Positions 1-7,244 of a stretch of 26,796 nucleotides of DNA are shown here, piece by piece (within the stretch, counting starts at the first letter, position 1; the number at the start of each line of letters is the position of its first letter). This DNA comes from a virus (taxonomy: Duplodnaviria; Heunggongvirae; Uroviricota; Caudoviricetes): IMG/VR virus record IMGVR_UViG_3300045988_147492, one strand, 5' to 3'. Below the pieces are notes generated by a model that did no database searches, was not told the DNA's origin, and saw nothing but the letters and a program-made list of their open reading frames with translations. Position numbers and translations under genes: made by a program.

Positions 1-1
1 A

Positions 2-430
2 AAAAGCGGCATCGCCGCGCCTCGGAGTCCTGTCAATAACTGTGGAAAGCTCACCGGTGGTGATACTTCGTTACCGGCTCCCACACCTTCTGAGCACGCC
101 GCCGCAGTGCTTAATCTGGTTGATGACGGTGTTATTGAATGGAATGAACCGGAGGTCGTGAGGGCGCTCAGGGGCGCATTAAAACACGGACTGAGAACAC
201 CACATTGTCAGCCAAGAAACGGAAGCCCGTTAAAACCGCATGAAATAGCGCCATCAGCTAGACTGACCAGGTCGGAACGAATGCAAATCACCCGTATCCG
301 CGTTGACCTTGCTCAGAACGGTATCAGGCCGCAGCGATGGGAACTTGAGGCGCTGGCGCGTGGAGCGACATTGGTATATGGCGAAAAAAAATTCACATAT
401 CAGCTTGTTGATAAGCAGTTTTGTTTTTAA
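2..430 (+). CDS. 3' portion of an upstream early-region phage gene whose 5' end lies outside the window; possibly the C-terminus of replication protein gpA or an adjacent early ORF
   Basis: The frame is open from window position 2 to the stop at 428-430; the ORF track lists it only from a GTG at 107. Its GC content is like the phage backbone, not the AT-rich cassette downstream. Its position left of the cargo locus fits the P2 prophage order int-C-cox-B-A-hotspot-cos. Confidence 0.45.
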   Translation, partial: KSGIAAPRSPVNNCGKLTGGDTSLPAPTPSEHAAAVLNLVDDGVIEWNEPEVVRALRGALKHGLRTPHCQPRNGSPLKPHEIAPSARLTRSERMQITRIRVDLAQNGIRPQRWELEALARGATLVYGEKKFTYQLVDKQFCF

Positions 431-869
431 TCAAATAGTGTATTAAATGTACTAAAATGTATCTTTTTATATAAAAAACAAAGTGTTGAATCAATTCTCG
501 GCTTTTGTATTTTTTAGATCGTAAACCGATTAGTGTTACCAAGAGTATTCAGTTAATAGGGCTTTAATTTTTTGCTTCCCTGTTTTGGTGGTTATGTGGT
601 ACTGTGTTTTTATACAGTTTTTGAGGTTGCTGAGAAATAGAGAATGATAGAGTTATATGCGAGCCTTAGTTTAATTCGTTGTAATTAGGATCGGGTATAT
701 CATTCGTGCTGTCAGTGGTCCTATACCACTAAGCAAAGCAATAGAATCCTACGAATTATTGTTTAAATAGTAACATTGGCAATTATAACGGCAGTATCTG
801 TGTTTTGTCTGTCAGTGGTTACATCGAGAGTATGTGATTTGCATTACATAACTAGTTGATGTTCCTTAG

Positions 870-898
870 TTGTAGATAGAAAGTATTCGATTTATTAT
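870..898 (+). promoter_or_regulatory. Candidate sigma70 promoter for the four-gene cassette (TTGTAG, 17-bp spacer, TATTAT)
   Basis: -35-like TTGTAG at 870-875 and -10-like TATTAT at 893-898 with a 17-bp spacer, about 35 bp upstream of the ORF at 932. An AAGGA Shine-Dalgarno-like motif at 920-924 lies 7 nt before the ATG. Confidence 0.3.
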
Positions 899-931
899 AA
901 GAGTACAAAAATTTATGCTAAGGATACTAGA

Positions 932-1123
932 ATGGAGTGGATTACACATATCATCACTTTCTTTGTCGGACTGGGAGCGGGTTGGTCGATTCGTGTCGTG
1001 TTTTCATCTAGAAAGCAAATTGGTAATTCCAGCGTGAACTCAAACAATCATACAGTTACTCAAACTGGTAACAGTGTTACAAATGGAAGTATTGTTGGCG
1101 GTAATCAGGATAGGTCACATTAA
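932..1123 (+). CDS. Small membrane-anchored protein (63 aa): one N-terminal hydrophobic helix followed by a Gly/Asn/Thr-rich repeat tail
   Basis: ATG start with an upstream AAGGA. Residues about 4-24 (ITHIITFFVGLGAGWSIRVVF) are hydrophobic. The C-terminal 20 aa (TVTQTGNSVTNGSIVGGNQD) recur at the N-terminus of the next ORF. AT-rich codon usage differs from the phage backbone. Confidence 0.5.
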   Translation: MEWITHIITFFVGLGAGWSIRVVFSSRKQIGNSSVNSNNHTVTQTGNSVTNGSIVGGNQDRSH

Positions 1124-1134
1124 GAGGTGTTGGT

Positions 1135-1698
1135 GTGTCTATCGAACAGTCAGGAAATACCGTAACAAATGGCAACATAATTTCTGGTGATCAGACTAAT
1201 CATATATTCAATTATCCTGTTAAAGGAACTAACCGGGAGATACAGAAACTTTATGAGTGTTTGAAGAGAGGTGATATAGGGGAAGCGGTTCCGGGGTTTT
1301 GTGCTGAACTAGAGCATTATATGTCCCTTCAGCCTGATATTGATGTTCGGGGGTTAGACGCTAAATTACTCGAGAGTAATAGAAAAGATTTGTTGTTTTT
1401 AGCTAAGCAGATGAAGGAAAAAGCGACAAAAGCCATAATGCGTCGCCAGACGTCAAAAACTGCACAAAGAATATTTGTAATAATTTTAGATCAAATTCAT
1501 TTTGATTTTATAACGAAAGTAACACCACTTATAGAAGCGGATAGCTCCAGAGTGATTGTTGATGAGAAAATCGCTTCAATAATTGATGAATTATATTCGT
1601 CTTTGGGAGAGAACTTGCTAGAGCTAACAGCAAAAGATCTCTTGGGATTACTATTTTTTCTGGGTGGCAATTGCCATATAAGGTGGGATAAATGCTAA
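1135..1698 (+). CDS. Predicted alpha-helical protein (187 aa, GTG start) beginning with the same 20-aa repeat motif as the preceding ORF; candidate effector or adaptor component
   Basis: GTG start at 1135 preceded by GAGG at 1124-1127. The N-terminus SIEQSGNTVTNGNIISGDQT matches the tail of the upstream ORF. The 3' end overlaps the next ORF by 7 nt, consistent with an operon. Confidence 0.55.
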   Translation: MSIEQSGNTVTNGNIISGDQTNHIFNYPVKGTNREIQKLYECLKRGDIGEAVPGFCAELEHYMSLQPDIDVRGLDAKLLESNRKDLLFLAKQMKEKATKAIMRRQTSKTAQRIFVIILDQIHFDFITKVTPLIEADSSRVIVDEKIASIIDELYSSLGENLLELTAKDLLGLLFFLGGNCHIRWDKC

Positions 1699-2192
1699 TT
1701 TACCATCCAGCATATGATGCATATCATTGTTTATTCAGAATGATTGCTCTTATAGACCATGTAAATGAAATTGAGGTAGATAAGGCCAGAATTTTGGACT
1801 TCTATCTGCTATTTCCTGCTTTGGTATCTGAAATTAGAATGCCTCATAATTATTCTTCAATGAAGAAAGAAGCGAAGAAGTATTCTAATATATATCGGGA
1901 TCCTATTAATGTTAGATCTACATTCAGAGATATGTATGAAATTCAAATGGCAGCAATAAGATGTCTTGCAGCTACTGGGTTGGTTGAGATGGATTGTCTT
2001 GAGAAAAACATTATAAAGAGAACAGATAAGTCTGTTCCAGATGGCTTATTACTTTCTATTAATAATTTTATTAATACGAATAAAACTATTAATACATTTA
2101 TCATAGATACACTATCTAAATTCCATTTGGTTGGAAAAGATGGTTTAAAAGATAGAACGAAGTTAATGGAGTTTAGATATGACTATTCTTAA
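1692..2192 (+). CDS. Small helical protein (166 aa), translationally coupled between the upstream ORF and the ATPase; candidate middle or accessory component
   Basis: ATG at 1692 with AGGTGGG at about 1679-1685. It overlaps the upstream ORF by 7 nt and the downstream ATPase by 14 nt. Composition is AT-rich like the rest of the cassette. Confidence 0.6.
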   Translation: MLIYHPAYDAYHCLFRMIALIDHVNEIEVDKARILDFYLLFPALVSEIRMPHNYSSMKKEAKKYSNIYRDPINVRSTFRDMYEIQMAAIRCLAATGLVEMDCLEKNIIKRTDKSVPDGLLLSINNFINTNKTINTFIIDTLSKFHLVGKDGLKDRTKLMEFRYDYS

Positions 2193-4116
2193 TCCATCTT
2201 TTTTTGTTAGTAAATTAAAAGTTTTCCAAGCTGGGCATGAAGCATTTAGCTGTGTTTTCCATAAAGGGGTAAATGTAATAAGGGGGCGAAATAGCTCTGG
2301 CAAAACTACTGTTATGGATCTTTTAGCATTTTCACTTGGTGCTGAAAATATTAGCTTGAAACCAACAGCTCTTTTATGTTCATTTACCATGGTTGAAGTG
2401 CTTTTGAATAATAATCTTGCCTGTTTTAAGCGGGAGATAAGTTCAGAATCCATGCGGCCGTTGAGTATTTTTTGGGGCTCGATGGATAAAGCTCTTAACT
2501 CATCACCGAGTCAGTGGCAAACTTATCCTTTTAAGCGTTCAGAAAAATCACTGAGTTTTTCTCAGGTAATTCTAAATGCTTTGGATATGCCTCTAGCTCA
2601 AGGAGAGGGTGCTTCAATTTTAACAATGCATCAAATCCTACGTGTATTATATGCAGATCAGCCATCTCTTCATAGTCCTATATTTAGGAACGATAATTTT
2701 GATAGAGCTCTAACACGAGAGACTATTGGTGATTATTTATGTGGTATATTTGATGACAAACTTTATAGCTCTTTGATTAGGCTTAAACAGGTTGATGCTG
2801 AACTTTCGACAAAAATTGTTGAGCTGAAAAGCATATTTAAAGTTCTTGGACGCTCTGGGCAATCGCAGCATGTAAGTTTTATTGACGATAAAATAAAAGA
2901 GCTAAGAGAGAAGAAAGAAAAGATCAATGGAGAGCTTATCTCTCTCAAAGAGAGTAATAACTCTTCTGTTAATGATAAAAATGCTGATAAAACTAAAACT
3001 AACAACCTTCGAAAAAATTTAAATAAAGCGAAGGAAGAAGAAGTAAAAAATATTGACAGTATCCATATGTTAGAAATGGAGATAGCTGACTCTGAAATGT
3101 TCATTAATGAGTTAGAATCCAGATTGCGCTCTCTTAATGAATCAAGTATTGCCAGAGACTATTTTAGCAACGTTAAATTTCAATTTTGTCCCAGTTGTTT
3201 AAGTGAGTTGAATATTTCCTCTGAAAATGAGTGCTCATTATGTAAAAATCACGCGCCAGAGGGTAGTGATGCTCCTCAATTATTAAGGATGAAAAATGAG
3301 ATTTCTATCCAATTAAAAGAATCCAGAGATCTTCTTGAGCATAATTATGTAAAACTGAGAGAGCTTAAGAGCCAATCTCCTGCTTTAAAGCAAAAAGTGC
3401 GAGATTTAATTCGTGAATATGAAGAAGTCTCTAAGGTTTGGGAAAATGCCTATGAAATAGAGTTTGAAACTCTTACTAAGGCTCTGGGACGTGTTGAAGA
3501 AGAAATTAAACAGGCTTGTGAATTACAAAAACTTAGTGATGTAATATCTGATTTGCAAAAAGATCGTGATAGTCTGCAGTCAGAGAAGGAGAGATTGTCC
3601 TCTTTAATTGAATCTTTGGAGAGTAAAGAGGAATATAGGAAGAAGGATATTTCTAAAACTATAGAAAACATTATGAAAAGACTTCTTAAAAAAGATCTTC
3701 CATTGCAGACTGAATTTATTGATCCTAGAAAAGTTAATTTTAGCTTTGCCGATAATACTGTTTATGTAAATGGGTCTAAGTATTTTTCAGAAAGTTCAGC
3801 AGTTGTATTAAGACATCTCTTTCATTTAGCATTGTTAACTGCAAGTATTGAAAAAAAATACATGAGATTACCTCGTTTCCTAATGCTTGATGGAATTGAC
3901 GATGGTGGAATGGAGAAAGAGCGCAGTCACAATCTGCAGAAAATAATAGTACAAGAAACTCAATCGTATCAATATGATTTTCAAATAATTTATGCTACAT
4001 CGGAGATTAATCCAGAATATGAAAATACCGATTTGATTGTTGGTCGATATTTTAATCCAGATGATAAATCATTAAAGATAAATTATACCGCTCTTGATAA
4101 AGATTTATTGAACTAA
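2179..4116 (+). CDS. SMC/Rad50-like ABC ATPase (645 aa): N-terminal Walker A, long central coiled coil with a CxxC-x11-CxxC zinc-hook-like motif, C-terminal signature-like and Walker B/D-loop/H-loop region; no nuclease domain
   Basis: Walker A GRNSSGKT at residues 36-43 (nt 2284-2307). A Lys/Glu/Leu-rich heptad-like region spans roughly residues 190-520 and produces the antisense low-complexity ORFs at 2763-3104 and 3450-3671. Cysteines C337, C340, C352 and C355 lie at nt 3187-3243. Walker-B-like FLMLDGIDDGG sits near residue 567, followed by ERSHNL. ATG at 2179 with GGAG 8 nt upstream. Confidence 0.8.
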   Translation: MTILNPSFFVSKLKVFQAGHEAFSCVFHKGVNVIRGRNSSGKTTVMDLLAFSLGAENISLKPTALLCSFTMVEVLLNNNLACFKREISSESMRPLSIFWGSMDKALNSSPSQWQTYPFKRSEKSLSFSQVILNALDMPLAQGEGASILTMHQILRVLYADQPSLHSPIFRNDNFDRALTRETIGDYLCGIFDDKLYSSLIRLKQVDAELSTKIVELKSIFKVLGRSGQSQHVSFIDDKIKELREKKEKINGELISLKESNNSSVNDKNADKTKTNNLRKNLNKAKEEEVKNIDSIHMLEMEIADSEMFINELESRLRSLNESSIARDYFSNVKFQFCPSCLSELNISSENECSLCKNHAPEGSDAPQLLRMKNEISIQLKESRDLLEHNYVKLRELKSQSPALKQKVRDLIREYEEVSKVWENAYEIEFETLTKALGRVEEEIKQACELQKLSDVISDLQKDRDSLQSEKERLSSLIESLESKEEYRKKDISKTIENIMKRLLKKDLPLQTEFIDPRKVNFSFADNTVYVNGSKYFSESSAVVLRHLFHLALLTASIEKKYMRLPRFLMLDGIDDGGMEKERSHNLQKIIVQETQSYQYDFQIIYATSEINPEYENTDLIVGRYFNPDDKSLKINYTALDKDLLN

Positions 4117-4120
4117 CAAC

Positions 4121-4150
4121 CAAAACCATGCATAACCATGCATGGTTTTG
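4121..4150. terminator. Perfect 12-bp inverted repeat (caaaaccatgca / tgcatggttttg) with a 6-nt loop, containing a 10-bp direct repeat aaccatgcat x2; putative terminator and cargo boundary
   Basis: Arms at 4121-4132 and 4139-4150 are exact reverse complements. It lies 5 nt after the ATPase stop and about 100 bp before cos. The T-run is partly inside the stem, so terminator function is uncertain. Confidence 0.4.
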
Positions 4151-4249
4151 CATTTATATCAGCTTGTTTTTGAATCGGGGCAAGTCCAGGGGTGGTAAGC
4201 TGTTTGGAGAAAACTGCAACTGCATTAAAACCGCCCCGTGAAGCGGGCG

Positions 4250-4268
4250 GGCGAGGCGGGGAAAGCAC
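4250..4268. other. cos: cos site: 19-nt cohesive-end sequence of P2-type phages (GGCGAGGCGGGGAAAGCAC)
   Basis: The sequence ggcgaggcggggaaagcac is present at 4250-4268, in the expected place between the cargo locus and portal gene Q. The match to the P2 cohesive end is from memory, not from a search. Confidence 0.6.
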
Positions 4269-4410
4269 TGCGCGCTGGCGGTGGTGCTGATTTTATTTTT
4301 TCAGCGTCTCAGCGCGTCGTGACGGCGCTTAGTCTGCCCGTTGAGGCGTTGGTGTGTCTGCGGGGTGTTTTGTGCGGTGGTGAGCGTGTGAGGGCGTGAT
4401 GACGGGGTGT

Positions 4411-4432
4411 AAAAAAGCCGCCCGCAGGCGGC
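4411..4432 (-). terminator. Rho-independent terminator immediately after Q on the minus strand
   Basis: On the minus strand the Q stop at 4440-4438 is followed by GCCGCC-UGCG-GGCGGC (6-bp GC stem, 4-nt loop; plus-strand coordinates 4417-4432) and then six U residues (plus-strand aaaaaa at 4411-4416). Confidence 0.6.
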
Positions 4433-4437
4433 GATGT

Positions 4438-5472
4438 TCAGCCGTTGTCAGTGTCCAGTGAGTAGTTTTTAAATCGGATGACCTCCTGACCGAGCCAGCC
4501 GTTTATCTCGCGGATCCTGTCCTGTAACGGGATAAGCTCATTGCGGACAAAGACCTTTGCCACTTTCTCAATATCACCCAGCGACCCGACGTTTTCCGGC
4601 TTGCCACCCATCAACTGAAAGGGGATGCGGTGCGCGTCAAGCAGGTCAGCGGCGCTGGCTTTTTTGATATTAAAAAAATCGTCCTTCGTTGCCACTTCAC
4701 TGAGCGGGATAATTTTAATGCCGTCGGCTTTCCCCTGAGGGGCATAGAGAAACAGATTTTTAAAGTTATTGCGGCCTTTCGACTTAACCATGTTTTCGCG
4801 AAGCATTTCGATATCGTTGCGATCCTGCACGGCATCGGTGACGTACATGATGTATCCGGCATGTGCGCCGTTTTCGTAATACTTGCGGCGGAACAGCGTG
4901 GCCGACTCATTCAGCCAGGCAGAGTTAAGGGCGCTGAGATATTCCGGCAGGCCGTACAGCTCCTGATTAATATCGGGCTCCAGCAGGTGAAACACGGAGC
5001 CGGGCGCGAAGGCTGTCGGCTCGTTGAAGGACGGCACCCACCAGTAAACATCCTCTTCCACGCCACGACGGGTATATTTCGCCGGTGAGGTTTCCAGTCT
5101 GATGACCTTACTGGTGGTGCTGTAGCGCTTTTCCAGAAACGCATTACCGAACACCAGAAAATCCAGCACAAAGCGGCTGAAATCCTGCTGAGAAAGCCAC
5201 GGATGCGGGATAAATGTCGAGGCCAGAATATTACGTTTGACGTAAATCGGTGAGCTGTGATGCACGGCAGCACGCAGGCTTTTTGCCAGACCGGTAAAGC
5301 TGACCGGTGGCTCATACCATCTGCCGTTACTGATGCACTCGACGTAATCCAGAATGTCACGGCGGTCGAGTACCGGCACCGGCTCACCAAAGGTGAATGC
5401 CTCCATTTTCGGGGCGCTGGCGGTGATTGTTTTTGCCGCAGGTTGCGGTGTTTTCCCTTTTTTCTTGCTCAT
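4438..5472 (-). CDS. Q: Portal protein (344 aa)
   Basis: The length equals P2 gpQ. It lies next to cos and is transcribed towards it. Its start overlaps the stop of P (TGATG on the minus strand), as in the P2 P-Q operon. Confidence 0.93.
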   Translation of the reverse strand: MSKKKGKTPQPAAKTITASAPKMEAFTFGEPVPVLDRRDILDYVECISNGRWYEPPVSFTGLAKSLRAAVHHSSPIYVKRNILASTFIPHPWLSQQDFSRFVLDFLVFGNAFLEKRYSTTSKVIRLETSPAKYTRRGVEEDVYWWVPSFNEPTAFAPGSVFHLLEPDINQELYGLPEYLSALNSAWLNESATLFRRKYYENGAHAGYIMYVTDAVQDRNDIEMLRENMVKSKGRNNFKNLFLYAPQGKADGIKIIPLSEVATKDDFFNIKKASAADLLDAHRIPFQLMGGKPENVGSLGDIEKVAKVFVRNELIPLQDRIREINGWLGQEVIRFKNYSLDTDNG

Positions 5473-7244
5473 CAGTAAAACTCCAGAATGGTGGATGTCA
5501 GCGGGGTGCTGATACCGGCGGTGAGTGGCTCATTTAACAGGGCGTGCATGGTCGCCCAGGCGATGTCGGCGTGGCTGGCTTCCTCGCTGCGGCTGGCCTC
5601 ATAGGTGGCGCTGCGTCCGCTGCTGGTCATGGTCTTGCGGATAGCCATAAACGAGCTGGTGATGTCGGTGGCGCTGACGTCATATTCCAGACAGCCACGG
5701 CGGATGACGTCTTTTGCCTTGAGCACCATTGCGGTTTTCATTTCCGGCGTGTAGCGGATGTCGCGCGCGGCGGGATAGAACGAGCGCACGAGCTGGAACA
5801 CGCCGACACCGAGGCCGGTGGCATCAATACCGATGTATTCGACGTTGTATTTTTCGGTGAGTTTGCGGATGGATTCAGCCTGGGTGGCAAAGTCCATGCC
5901 TTTCCACTGGTGACGCTCAAGTATTCTGAATTTACCACCGGCCACCACCGGCGGTGCCAGCACCACGCATCCGGCGCTGTCGCCACGGTGTGACGGGTCG
6001 TAACCAATCCATACCGGGCGGGAGCCGAACGGATTTGCGGCAAACGGCGCATAGTCTTCCCATTCTTCCAGCGTGTCGACCATGCAGCGTTGCAGCTCCT
6101 CGAACGGGAACACCGACGCCTTGTCGTCAACAAATTCACACATGAACAGGTTTTTAAAATCGTCGGCGCTGTTTTCACGTTTGAGCTGCTCAATGTCGAA
6201 CAGCGTGCAGCCACCTTTCAGGGCGTCCTCAATGGTGACAATCTGCCGCCACTGGCCGTCCGCACAGAGAAGCCCACCGGCAAGGGCGTTATGACTGACG
6301 TCGATTTCCACGCGTTCGGCGGCGCTGGCGCGTCCCCGGTTGAACAGTTCACCTGACCAGAACGGGTAGGCGTCGTGCGCCAGCGTGGACGGGGTGGAGA
6401 AATAGGTCGAGCGCAGGTGACTCTGTGAGGCCATACCTGATGCCACCTTACGCAGTACCTGAAAATTCGGGATCCAGAAAATCTCGTCGACGTACAGGTC
6501 GCCGTTATGGCTCTGTGCGGTGTTGGAGTTGGTGCCGAGAAAAATCAGTTTTGCGCCGTTATTGCCCAGGACAATCGGGTCACCGGTCAGGTCAACGTCA
6601 ACCAGACGGGCAAAGGCGATGATGTATTCGCGGAACACATACGCCTGCGTTTTACTGGCCGACAGAAAAATCTGGTTATGGCCGGTTTTCAGGGCGCGCA
6701 GCAGCGCCTCGCGGGAAAAATAAAACGTCGCGCCAATCTGGCGGGATTTCAGGATATCGCGGATGCGGTGCTCAAGCCCGGCGCGATACCAGTGCAACTG
6801 ATAGTCGAAAGACTGCTCAAAGAAAATCTGCTCCAGCTTTTCGATGGCCTCGTCACTGAAAAAATTCTTTTTCGGTTTGCGACGCCCGCCTTTGTTGCGG
6901 TTAGCGACGTTCGGATTAAGGTCTGCCTCGTTGCCGGTCTGACTGTAGCGGTTGACCCGTGCCAGTCGTTCAATCTGGCGTCCCAGCAGGTCAATTTCCT
7001 TGAAGTCACCGCCGGTTTTCTGCGGTTTGATGATGAGCTGGGTCAGCCGCGCTTCCAGACTCATTTCGACACGGCTGATGGGGGCAACGCTGTCCCAGCC
7101 GTCGCGCTGTTTCCAGCTCTGCACCGTCGGGCGTTTCATCTGCAACATGGCGGCAATCTGCGGCACGGAAAATCCCTGCCAGTACAGCAGCGCCGCCTGA
7201 CGACGCGGGTCGTGTAAAAGAGTGGTGTCTGTGGTGATGGTCAT
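5472..7244 (-). CDS. P: Terminase large subunit (ATPase/nuclease), 590 aa
   Basis: The ORF track gives 600 aa from 7274. The internal ATG at 7244 (MTITTDTT...) has a GAGG Shine-Dalgarno and gives 590 aa, the length of P2 gpP. It is upstream of and coupled to Q. Confidence 0.92.
   Translation of the reverse strand: MTITTDTTLLHDPRRQAALLYWQGFSVPQIAAMLQMKRPTVQSWKQRDGWDSVAPISRVEMSLEARLTQLIIKPQKTGGDFKEIDLLGRQIERLARVNRYSQTGNEADLNPNVANRNKGGRRKPKKNFFSDEAIEKLEQIFFEQSFDYQLHWYRAGLEHRIRDILKSRQIGATFYFSREALLRALKTGHNQIFLSASKTQAYVFREYIIAFARLVDVDLTGDPIVLGNNGAKLIFLGTNSNTAQSHNGDLYVDEIFWIPNFQVLRKVASGMASQSHLRSTYFSTPSTLAHDAYPFWSGELFNRGRASAAERVEIDVSHNALAGGLLCADGQWRQIVTIEDALKGGCTLFDIEQLKRENSADDFKNLFMCEFVDDKASVFPFEELQRCMVDTLEEWEDYAPFAANPFGSRPVWIGYDPSHRGDSAGCVVLAPPVVAGGKFRILERHQWKGMDFATQAESIRKLTEKYNVEYIGIDATGLGVGVFQLVRSFYPAARDIRYTPEMKTAMVLKAKDVIRRGCLEYDVSATDITSSFMAIRKTMTSSGRSATYEASRSEEASHADIAWATMHALLNEPLTAGISTPLTSTILEFY

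Noticed and set aside
2163-3671. Minus-strand ORFs 2163-2453, 2763-3104 and 3450-3671 inside the ATPase gene
   Set aside because: They are antisense to the coiled-coil region; their Ser/Leu/Phe-rich low-complexity translation is the mirror image of the Lys/Glu-rich coiled coil and has no start context.
2179-4116. Assignment of the ATPase as an OLD-family (ATPase plus TOPRIM) nuclease, as in P2 old at this locus
   Set aside because: Walker B lies within about 80 residues of the C-terminus, leaving no room for a TOPRIM domain, and no DxD or conserved-Glu TOPRIM signature was seen. The Rad50-like split head with a coiled-coil insert differs from OLD.
4611-5390. Minus- and plus-strand ORFs (4611-4910, 4630-5088, 4911-5390, 5257-5478) overlapping the portal gene Q
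   Set aside because: They lie inside or antisense to a well-supported, full-length Q reading frame in GC-rich DNA, where long spurious ORFs are expected. None has an independent start or ribosome-binding context.
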